Shown here one piece after another: positions 37,991 to 48,967 of a stretch of DNA of 64,000 nucleotides. The stretch is from Mobula hypostoma (lineage: Eukaryota), in the NCBI RefSeq assembly GCF_963921235.1, contig NC_086108.1, positions 53,694,001 to 53,758,000 of the forward strand. Direction: 5' to 3'. The translations under genes and the position numbers were made by a program. Position 1 is the stretch's first letter; each line of letters begins with the position of its first letter. Under the pieces are notes generated by a model. That model was not told the origin of the DNA, did not search any database, and worked only from the letters and a program-made list of their open reading frames with translations.

Positions 37991-39534
37991 GATGACTCCT
38001 TGAAATGCTACCTCCTTTTGTGATTGCTAATGGATACAATCGTACTTGTATTCTGGATGAAATTGAAAACGTGATGCAACAAATCAATGAAACTGAGTTA
38101 AATATTGATCAACAATCTTTGCTGATTGTTCTTTGAATCCACCGGTTGAGTGCCATTGAGAATTAAGTGATCAGCAAGCATAGAACATAGAATAGTACAG
38201 CACAGTACAGGCCCTTTGTGATGTACCAACCTTCTAAACTACTCCAAGATCAATCTAACACTTCCCTCTCACATAGCTCTCCATTTTCCTTCCATCCAAA
38301 CCTAAAGACAATACATTCACATCACTGACTTCTTCAAAAATATTGGCCACCACTTCCCCACAACCCCTTAGCCTCATCTGCTCCAGGCTAGTTGTGGTTT
38401 TTTCTTGGTCAGTGGCTTCTCCACACTCCCAAATGGTCCCTTAATTGTTAGTTCATGATGTCTGGCCAAGATAGTTTTCTGAATATCCCAAAGTAAAGTG
38501 CATCTGCCCTTTGCAAGAGGCTTTAGATGCAGCTCCCTTGAGCTTACCTGAACTCAGGTACTGCAGAAACTTAATTTTTGAAATATAATTGGGTTCAATT
38601 TGAATTCAAAATGACTAAATGAATTGCAAATGTCCCGAGAACCTGTATGACAGATTAAGGTCATTGGCTGTTGATTATCAACACTGTGATGAGACTTTAG
38701 ATGTATGCTGAAGATTGGAATTAGTCAATCTGAAATTATTATGTTGTGTTAAGATTGCTCCCATTTGTAGAATCTGGACTCTAAACGGGATAGACTCTAT
38801 ATAACTTGGGCAATAGATGTACATTTAATCGGAACCAGACTGAAACTGACCAGGCTCATTTCAAATGGTGCCTTTGCGGTCAGCAGCGCAGTTTGAGAAC
38901 AAGGTTTGAATGCTGGTTCCAGATCGGGCAGTCTGTACATTTACCCTGCTGTGCCCTCTAGTTAATTAACTTCAAAGTACACTGGATGCATTTACCACAT
39001 GGTGTGAAACTTAGCCATGCATTCTTGTGAATAGCCAGTGCTTGATCATAGGTCTGCATTGAGTTAACTAATTGCTGAGAATTGAGGCAGCTTGGTACTA
39101 TTGATTGTTGAGCTGGCTTGGCTCCAGCTCATGATAATTTAGAGCATTAGAACAGAATCACAATCAGGTTTCATATCATTCGCGTATGTCGTGAAATTTG
39201 TTGCCTTGCAACAGCAGTACAGTGCAATACACAAAAAAGTATAGATTACAATAAGAAATATTATAAAATCAAATTAGATTAGATTAGTAGTGCAAAAAGA
39301 GATCAAAGATAGTGAGGTTGTGTTCATTGTCCATTTGGAAATCTGCTGGTGGAGGGGAAGAAGCTCTTTCAGTACAGTACAGCACAGGAACAGGACCTTT
39401 GGTTCATGAAGTCTGTCCCCAGCCATGATGCCAAATTAAACTAATCCCATCCGCCTGCTCACAGCCTATCTTTTTCCATTCCCTGCTCATTTAATACCCC
39501 TTTAGCATTGCTGCTGTATTTGTTTCTACCATTT

Positions 39535-39863
39535 CAGAATAGCCAATAGCCTACATTTTAGGAGGCTCAGATAGTGATGAAGATGACAGCAGTGAGAATG
39601 ATGAGAGTGACTGGGACAGTGACGAAAGTTCTGAACTCTCAGACGGTAGTGTAAATCTCCAGAATCCTCTGATCCATGCAACCTTTTGAACTTTAAAGCT
39701 TCCATTAAAACTTGGCACAAGTTAGAAACTAGAACTGCATTTGAAGCCAGTAATCCCAAACAACCTTTACTATACTTGCCTGTAATAGAAGACATTGAGG
39801 ACAGACTAGACAGCAGGTTTTCTGACATAATTCAGGACAAGCCACTAAACCTACATGTGAATT
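39535..39863 (+). pseudogene. PPP1R15B: Frameshifted fragment of a PPP1R15B (CReP)/GADD34-family gene
   Basis: From 39546 IAYILGGSDSDEDDSSENDESDWDSDESSELSDGSVNLQN, frameshift, then from 39668 SDPCNLLNFKASIKT...EDRLDSRFSD. Resembles recalled CReP motifs LIDYILGG-acidic-LWNSF..DPYNPLNFKA. Flanked by CR1 fragments. Confidence 0.75.
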
Positions 39864-40432
39864 GGCAAAGAGTACATATCAGGTGGCTGGAAAATGACGC
39901 TGCAGAGGTAGTAACGGGGGACAAAGAAATGACAGACGATCTTACTAAGTATTTTGCAACAGTCTTCACCGTGGAAGAGTCTAGCAGTATGCCAGAAATT
40001 CGAGAGTGTCAGAGAGCAGAAGTAAGTGTAGTTGCCTTTTACGAAGAGAAGGTGCTGGGAAGCTGAAAGGTTTGAAGTCAGCTGGACCAGATGGACTACA
40101 CCTCAGGATTCTGAAAGAGATAGCTGAAGTGACTGTGGCGACATTAGTAGATTTTTCAAGAATCACTAGATTCGGGAATGGTTCCAGAGTACTGAAAAAT
40201 TATACTGTATATGTCACTTCACTCTTTAAGAATGGAGGGAGGGAGAAGAAAGAATGGGCCAGTTGACCTGACTTCAGTGGTTGGGAAGATAATGGTGTCT
40301 TCTATTAAAGACAGGTTACCTTGCAGGTTGAGTCAATGGTAAGGAAGGCAAATGCAATGTTAGCATTTATTTTGAGAGGACTAGAATATAAGAATAAGGA
40401 TATAATGCTGAGGCTTCATAGGCAGTGGTCAG
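39864..40432 (+). mobile_element. CR1 ORF2 fragment
   Basis: LENDAAEVVTGDKEMTDDLTKYFATVFT, KSAGPDGLHLRILKEIA; same family as 1080-1490. Confidence 0.85.
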
Positions 40433-40439
40433 TCTGTAA

Positions 40440-40810
40440 CCTCAGTCGCGGAGGCTGATGTCAGAACAGCTTTCATAAGGGTGAACCCTCGCAAGGCATG
40501 AAGACCTGATGGTGCATGAGGTAGGGCACTGAAAACTTGTACCAACCAACTGGTGGGCTTGTTCAAAGATATCTTCATCTCTCACAGCTGCAGTCAAAGC
40601 TTCCCACCTGTGTCAAAAGGGTGACGATCATGCCAGTGCCAAGGAAGAGCAGGGAGAGCTGCCTCAACAACTGTTGCCCAGTTGCACTCACGTCTACGGT
40701 GTTGAAATGCTTTGAGAGGGTGGTCATGGCCAGAATCAACTCCTGCCTAAGCAAGGACCTGGACTCACTGTAATTTGCCTATTGCTGCAATAGGTCTACA
40801 ACAGATGCAT
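40440..40810 (+). mobile_element. Rex1/Babar RT fragment
   Basis: PTCVKRVTIMPVPRK..SCLNNCCPVALTSTVLKCFERVV (ORF 40537-40773). Confidence 0.85.
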
Positions 40811-41003
40811 ATATACTCTAGATTTTATTTACTAATTCAAGGGTAAATTGAAAGACAATAAAGCAAAGAAAATCTTTCACATTTCGTAAACTTTTTCTCA
40901 TCCATCTTTATTACAAATCCATTGTCTATAAACACTGTTCAGATTAATTTTGTATCACAGTGGCAAAAGCGAAATGTTTTGATTAGACAGTGTCCATGTT
41001 CAA

Positions 41004-41510
41004 GCAACACACACAAAATGCTGGAGGAAGTCAGCAGGCCAGGCAGCATCTACGTGAAAGAGTAAACAGTCGACATTTTGGGCCAAGATCCTTCATTAGG
41101 ACTGGGGGAAAAAAAGGTTGGAGAGGGGAGAAAGAAGTACAGGGTGTCAGAGGGCATAGAGATCGCAGAGGGGGCGCAGTGAGAGAGGGTTTCTCGAACT
41201 CCCTTTGAAGGACAGATTTGAATTTTTCAGGGTGGGCATTCCTGGAAGAGACTTCACAGTGTAGTAGTAGCACAAAGATGAGAACATCTGCAGATTCTGG
41301 AAATCCAAGCAATGCACACAAAATGCTGGAGGAACTCAGCAAGTCAGGCAGCATTAATGGAAAAGAATGCAGTCGACATTTCAGGAGGCCATGCAGCATC
41401 TATGGAAAAGAGTAAACAATCGACATTTTGGGATGGTACTCTTCATCAGGATTGGAAAAAAAGATGAGAAGTTAGAGCAAAAAAGTGTGGGGAGGGGAGG
41501 AAGAACTACA
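41004..41510 (-). mobile_element. Non-autonomous PLE derivative: tandem pseudo-LTRs with three hammerhead remnants around a ~170-bp spacer
   Basis: Pseudo-LTR copies at about 41004-41140 and 41275-41510, the latter with a 47-bp internal duplication. Hammerhead remnants at 41067-41104, 41370-41385 (half) and 41417-41454. Confidence 0.75.
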
Positions 41511-41954
41511 AATGTCAGTGTTCAGCGGCCTAGTGGTTTATTAACAATGAGCTTCTGAGTTCCATTCTGTGTTTATTGTTACAATTTGTAACAGTATTGT
41601 AAATTGAAACACTGACAGTATAAATATATTGAAGCTTTAAAATGTTTCAAAGTAAAGGTTGAGGTACATTTATTATTTAGAAATTTATGGATTATATTCA
41701 TTAAAACATAATTGCAGGGTATTTTGCAATTATATTAATATAGATTTCAAAATATATTACCATAATTTCAAAATTATATTAACATTATATAAAAGAAAAT
41801 TCCACCTGTGCAGCAACAAAGGCTATGTGTGCAGGAGCAATTCAATTATTGAGGAGCTGTTCACCCAGGCAGATTAGAGGGAACAGTGCCGCTGTTTATG
41901 GATTATGGCTCAGCTTTCAACACCATGATATCAGTACTAATCAACAAGCTCTAA

Positions 41955-42270
41955 AATGCTCAATGAAGCAGCCTCCCGATTTATGATAGGTCTCACCAAT
42001 GTAGAGGAGGCTGCATTGGGAGCACTGGACACAATAGACGACGCAGCAGATATGCAGGACAAGTGTTGCCTCACCTGGAAGGACTGTTTGGGGCCCTGGA
42101 TGGAGGTGAGGGAGGAGGTGAATGGACCGGTGTGGCACTTGCACTGCTTGCAGGGTTAAGTGCCAGGAACAAGATTAGTGGGGAGGGAGGAATGGACAAA
42201 GGAATTATGGAGGTAGCAATCCCTGTGGAAGGTGAAGTGGGGTGGGGAGGTAAAGAGTTACATGATGGAG
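41955..42270 (-). mobile_element. Neptune-type PLE GIY-YIG fragment
   Basis: VVYCVQCSQCSLLYIGET..GGCFIEH (ORF 41941-42144). Confidence 0.85.
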
Positions 42271-44234
42271 GCGCACGTGAAATCTGACCTGCATTTGGGA
42301 GGATAAGAAAATTACTGAAGGAAATTTCTCCTGTAATACAGGGATTAAAAATGTACAATAACAAAACATTTCTGATATAGTGTTACAACCCTTTAATTCT
42401 AATGGAGGTCATATGACAGTCAGTTAATGTAAGTAAAATGGAGAAGGGGTGTATTGCTCACTGATGGGCAGTGATCTGCATCTTTTGTGGAGGCAGCAAG
42501 CAGTATGAAAACGTCATTCTGATTTAGTGCAGTGGGACACAACAGTTTTGTGTTTGGACATTGTTTCATGAAGCATTATGTTGACCATACTCCCAGGAAT
42601 CCAAAGTAAACAACTTCTGAAGAAAAGGAATTAACAGAGGATATGCTTTCTTTAAAAAATCTTAGCTGAAGTTAAGAGTTTTACATGAACTGGGGTAACA
42701 TTTTCGAACAATGAGATAATACTTTGGACAATCTGTTTGCAATTACATACTGTTGCTCTATATGGTTTAAACCCTTTATGATGTGGAGTGAATTTTTCAT
42801 TTGTAAAGCATTCTTATTTGTTTTATCTATAGGAAATTGTTGTTCCCTAACATTAAAGGGGCAACATCAGTCTGCAAAATGCAGTTGGTAAGGTTGGTGG
42901 GGGGGGGGGGGAAGCAATAAAGACTGGAGAGTTCATTTAATTCCTTTCGATTTGGGTGGTCGAATCTAGGCGGGCAGTGCTGGGAATTGTGAATATTTTA
43001 ATAATGTTCCTTTGAGAAATGCAGGGTAGAGGAAGCTGTAGTAATAACGCTCAACAGTGCAGGATGGAAATATAATCCAGCTTTGGTCAGACTGATGCAG
43101 CTGGCTGACTCCAGCAGATTTTTCAGTCTTAAAGGCAGCAAAATAATGCAGTTTGTTTGAGGGAGGAAACATGATGTTCTACAGCAGAGCAACTGCCTAG
43201 GGCAGGAAGAAGCATCTTCCCTCGGTACCCTCCGACTGGAGTTCATGTTCCTGAAACTCTTCAGTGACTGAAAACTAAATGTGTGAGATCACCGACTAAC
43301 ATATAAAGGGCTTGAAACCAATTATGATACCTTCCATAGTTGGATAAATTACTGATTGGTTTGCACAGATAGTACCGAATAGTAGCCAGTATCTGCAGGG
43401 CACAAGGAAAGTCCATCTCCTGAGAAGGAGGAAGGAGTGAGGAAGAGGAATGTAACAAGATTTAGTATGACCCTCAAGAAGTTTAATGAATCTCGTTGGA
43501 AGTCTGAACAGCCATGAAAAATAAATTGTGGTATTGTTATGAATAATATTTCATGGTTACTAGGAGACAGGAATGTGGTCAAGTTTTGAAACAAGTCTGT
43601 TTGCTATTGTAAGAACATCAGAAGATTTTCAAGGGGGGATCGTCACTGTTTGGAATGAGACTCACTGACAGATTACATGTAATGTATTAATAATGAAGAC
43701 TTTTTCATACAGTGCAGTAGTTTGATGTGAGACAAATGGATGTGGACATAACTGGGATTGTTAGAAAGTTAAAATGGTGTCTACTTTTTTATATTGTGTT
43801 TGCATTGCCTAACTTCCAAGTATCCTTCTCCAATATCCATCTATAAGTTTAACCTTCGTCTCTGAGTGCCGAAAGTACAAGTGGATCAGGTGGGAGCCCA
43901 GAGGAGGGGAGGCCAATGCACCCCGTCCCATCTGAAAATGAAGTTAAGTTTGGTGTGCCCCTCTCAACTACCCAAGATCTTTGAGTTTGCCTAGCACTTT
44001 TTCCTTTGTAATAGCAATGGCTCTCACTCCTGCTCCCTGACACTCATGGACACTGGCACACTGCTAGTGTCTTCCACAGTGAAGACAGAGGCAAAGTACC
44101 CATTAAGTTCATAACATTTCAACACGCCCTGGATAAAAACTAATTTCCTGCACCTTCCCCAGCCCTCACAGATATGTAAAGACTTCTGTGCTACAGCTTG
44201 AAGGGCAGTGCAGGTTTTTAGGGCACGGACCCCT

Positions 44235-44545
44235 CAGATTCAGGTCCCATTCCTGAGATTCAAAAATAGTCTGAGCTGATCCTGAGATGTAGTACTTTCT
44301 GATTCTCAATGGATCAAATGACACCGTTTGGGGAAAGAACACAGATATTCTCCATGATGTCCGGGCCGCTGTCGAGTCCTGAATCAATATCTCAAAATCA
44401 CTACTTGCTCAGAGTGTCCTGCCAGTTAATGAGAGCTTGCTGTGCACAGACTATTGTACTTCCTAAATACAGTCTCTGTTATGACTATACATTAAAAGTA
44501 CCACATTTGTTGTGAGATGGTTTAGAACACTTGAAATGGAAAATT
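44235..44545 (+). mobile_element. Old Deu-domain SINE
   Basis: gagagcttgctgtgcaca..tgactatacattaaaagtac..ttgtgagatggtttagaaca. Confidence 0.55.
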
Positions 44546-44929
44546 AAACTTCAAATGACTCCCCTTTTCCCCATTTCCAAGCCTTTCCTTTGTAAGGGAT
44601 AATGGGAGCCTAACTGCTTTATCCACTTCATCTAGAAATGTTATATGCAGTTTTAATAACCATACTGCCTACATATATATCTAATAAATTCAGAACACAA
44701 TGTGAGAACATCACATCTTCAGACCGTCAAGATAGTGCTGATAAAAGGCAGCTCTTTGGCTGCAGCTCCAATGGGAATCATCAGAGTTTCCCGTTCAGGA
44801 TTATTACAGCTGAAATCCACAGTCACCGCCATGGGTGTTTCAGGAAGCAACGTAGTTTTAAGATGTTTAAAAAATATCTATCATACTCAAAAGTTAATGG
44901 ATCCTGGACTGCGGACTCAGTTTGAGAAG

Positions 44930-45360
44930 CACGGAAGCTGAGCCAGTTTAAAGTACAATCGAAATGCAAAGCCTTTAGAATCACCACTCAGGACCATCCT
45001 GATGATGGACGTACACACTCGAGAAAATAAAATTGAAGACCTCAGAGCAAGATCGCAGTACCAGAGGATCATCAGGGACTGCTGTGTACTTTGCTTCACA
45101 GAAACATGGCTAAACCCCACCATTTCAGATGCAGCTCTGCAGCTTGATAGCTTCACTGTTCTCTGCAAAGACAGGACAGCTCGGTCCTTTAAAGGCAGAG
45201 GCAGTGGAGTTTGCTTTATGATCAACTCATCTGTTGCACATATGTGGTGATTCTTTCTCACTTCTGTTCACCTGACCTGGACCATCACCAGAGGAGCTAA
45301 GCTCCATAATCAGCAGACACGAAACAGCACATCCTGTTGCTTTCCCAGACATTGTGGGGG
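44930..45360 (+). mobile_element. Rex1/Babar APE endonuclease fragment
   Basis: ENKIEDLRAR..QRIIRDCCVLCFTETWLNP..DRT..KGRGSGVCFMIN (ORF 45002-45250). Confidence 0.9.
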
Positions 45361-45489
45361 ATTCAAAGTTCAAAGTAAATTTATTATCAAAGTATCTCTG
45401 TGTCACCATATACAACCTTGAGATTCCTTTTCTTGCAGGCAATCACAGTAAATACCATACACAACACAATCAATGAACTGTGGTAATTT

Positions 45490-46003
45490 TATGTACTGTA
45501 CTGCTGCCGCAGGGAAAAAAAACAAATTTCATGACATATGTGAGTGATGATAAACCTGGTTCTGATATGGGTCTCTATTATAGACTGAGAGTGGGAAGGA
45601 GGGGGTGAGAAAGAGAGGGGAATCATGGCTGGGAAAAGGAGAAGGGAGAGAGGAGAGAGCAGGATGCACCATGAAGACATTCTGTGATGTTTTTGGAATC
45701 AAATGACCTTGCCTTGTGTCTCAGGGCTGGGTGTGTCTGACCCTGGCATTCCTTCTCTGCCACCTGACCCACGCCCCTCCCCCAGCACTCCACCCTCACC
45801 ATTCCCGACATCCTTTGCTCCTGGTAGATTTACAAACTTTCTCTCTGCTCCACCTGACAAATACAGTATCGTGCAAAAGTCTTAGACACCCTAGCTATAC
45901 ATTTGTAATTTATTATAATTTATAGATGTTTAAAAATTATGTATTGCTGCCACAAAAAAGCAAATTTCAAGACATAAGCCAGTGCTATTAAACCTGATCT
46001 GAC
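45490..46003 (+). mobile_element. Composite non-coding repeat: LINE-tail motif, unique body, Tc1-like TIR, LINE-tail motif
   Basis: Imperfect direct repeats 45491-45565 and 45939-46002; 45795-45899 aligns to the reverse complement of about 63894-64000. Confidence 0.65.
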
Positions 46004-47689
46004 AATACTGACCTTGGCATTTACAACTGAGCCATTGGAAAGTGTTGGTACATAAACTGATAAGATTTTAAACCTTCAATCACAGATTTTATTCCATGCG
46101 TCTCTGAAGAAAACAGTGACATGAATAATGAACAACTTTTTGTTTTGCAAAACTCAGGCCATGTATTTTCTCAATATAAGTTTTATATTTAGAACAATCC
46201 TGTGGTAGATTAGTGTAGATTTAGTCTCCTGTGCTTTTCCCTAAGGGAATGAGTTGCTTCCTGCACTAAGCTAAAGTTGCATAAGATTACATGAGAAATT
46301 CGACTAATCAATGCAGGGTCTGTAAGCACCGGGTACAAGTTATATCGCAAACTGATCTGGTTACATTTTGAGATTCCACTCTTGCTGAGATTCTAGTTTC
46401 AATCAGTGGACTATTTCCTTTTGAACAAGCAGTGGACACCTGTGTTTTGCTTTTGAAATCATGTAGGAAGATCCTGGTAACAGGCTTTCTCAGGGAAGTT
46501 TCTGTAGATTTATTGAGAATGTAGGAACATCTGCTCTTTGGAAAAGAAGTATTAATGTCAGAGACTGCATTACCAGATGCAGATAATCTGTACAATATAT
46601 ATAAAATAAGGCACGTATGCTGACAATGAAATGAAATAAATCAACTGCTAAGTGGCACATGAAAGTATTTTATCCTGCCCGTGGTTCAGTTGGGAAACAT
46701 TTCTGGTGTGGCGGGGGGCCAGAGCAGGACAATATCTGTGAAGTAGCCAGAATAGTACCGGAGGAATTGCAGTTGGCTTTAGTATACTTGCTCTGGGTGG
46801 GGAGAAGGCCATTGAGATGGAGGTTCCATTTAAGATGCTTTAAAAAGTGGCTTGTGCTAGGATAGATAGGGATGTGGACTTCGGATTAGTACAGGATAAA
46901 CAAACATATGATCTGCTACTCTCACCTTCTTTCCTCAATGTGGAATAATCTGTAGGTGGCTGGTATTAATGTTTACCAGCTCCAGGTATAGGACTAGATT
47001 TGTAGGGAAGAAAACTAGAGGGAAATATTTGAAAAGACAATTGATTAAAAGTTGATGTTAAAGATTTAGTATCGAATTTATTGATTTGTTAATGTGATCC
47101 GTTGCCAGCTGTCAACCGTGGATGCTCAGCTGCCAAGTGTTCATTGTGAGCTCTCTGTCTTTGAACTAATTTATACTGAATATGTGTTGGGGAAATACTG
47201 ATGCTAAAATTGCCCTTTATTGCCTTCAAAAGTTCCAGTTTAGCATTTCATTGGAAAAGCTCATCTCACGAAGCATTCCTTTACTCTGTATTGACTTAGG
47301 CTGCATTTGTATACAGTCTCTACTGCCTTTGGAGATGGCAGTACTCACCAGTGCCCCATGATGGTGAAGCTGAGGAGCAGATTTTTGATGTTTGCACCAA
47401 AAGACATTGCAGTTGGTGGATGGGAAATCCTGTTTCTCTCTTAGTGTTCATTTAAGTATTTTGACAGTGCTGGTTACTCTTCTGTTCTGGCTGCCAGTAG
47501 CCTTCTGGTTAATGATCTCATACAAAGAACCACTGAACCAGTGTGATCAATAACTCCTACCTGTAATACTTCTGGGATTTTATTCGATTTTAAGGCTGCC
47601 AATTTAAAGTGCACCTGAGTTACTGCATCATCTGTACCAATTTGGGTTTCTCAAGAGGAGCTACTAAGGAACTTTAAGGAACTAAGCCA

Positions 47690-48960
47690 CTCATCGGCTC
47701 TTCACTCAACCCTGGAACATCTGGACAGCAAAGATGCATACACCAAGATGCTCTTTATTGACTACTACTCAGTATTCAATACCATCATCCTCTCAAAACT
47801 AATCAATAAGCTCCAAGACTTTGGCTTCAATGCCTCCTTGTGCAATTGGAACCTCAATTTTTCTCACTTGCAGATGCACTCAGTTTGGATTAGCAACATC
47901 TCTTTCACAATTTCCATCAGCACAAGATTGTGTGCCTAGCTCCCTGCTCTACCCGCTTTACATTTATGTGTCGCTAAGCACAGCTCTAATGCCATATTTA
48001 AGTTTGCTTATGACACTATGGTTGTTGGCCAAATCAAAGGTGGTGACGAATCAGCATATAGGAGGGGGAGTGAAAATCTGGTTGAGTGGTGGCATAACAA
48101 CAACCTCTTACTCGATGTCAGCAAGGCTAAGGAGCTGATTATTGATTGCAGGAGAAGGAAACCAGAGGTCCATGAGCCAGTCCTCATCAAAGGATCATGG
48201 GTGGAGAGGGTCAGAAACAAATTCCTCAGTGTTATCATTTGAAAGGAACTGTCCTGGGCCCAGAACATCAGTGCAATTACACAGAAAGCAAGCAGTACGT
48301 CTACTACTTTTGGAGTTCGCATAGATTCAGCATGAAATCTTAAGCTCTGACAAATTATTATAGATGCGTGGTGGATAGTATATTGACTGGCCTGGTATGG
48401 ACTGGTATGGAAACACCAATGCCGTTGAACAAAAAATGCTACAAAAAGTAGTAGATACGGCCCAGTCCATCACGGACAAAGCTCTTCCCGGCATTGAACA
48501 CACCTACACGAAGCATTGTCAGGGGAAAGCATCATCCATCATCAGAGACCCTAACAACCCAGGTCATGCTCTCTTCTCACTGCTGCCATCAGGAAGAAGG
48601 CCTTAGGACTCACACCACCTGGTTCAGGAACAGTTATTACTCCTCAACCTTTAGACTCTTGAACCAAAGGGCATAACTTCACTCAACTTCACTTGCCACA
48701 TTATTAAAATGTTCCCATAACCTATGGACTCACTTTCAAAGACTCTCATATTCTCAATATTTATTGTTTTTTATTATTATTATTTCTTTTTTGTTTTTTT
48801 CTCACATTTCTTGTTTTTTGCACACTGGCTGAATACCCAAGATTTTTTTTTTAATCTTTCATTGTGTTTATTAATCTCTCATGGATTTATTGAGTATGCC
48901 TGCAAGAAAATGAATCTCAGAGTTGTGTATGGTGACACAAATGTACTTTGAACTATGAAC
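47690..48960 (+). mobile_element. Rex1/Babar LINE 3' half
   Basis: MLFIDYYSVFNTII, VVGQIKGGDESAYR, NLLLDVSKAKELIID, HALFSLLPSGRR, (actttga) tail. Confidence 0.9.
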
Positions 48961-48967
48961 TTATCTC

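Noticed and set aside
39573..39634. C/D snoRNA-like boxes (GTGATGA, ATGATGA, CTGA)
   Set aside because: Better explained by Asp/Glu/Ser codons of the PPP1R15B-like fragment; no convincing terminal stem.
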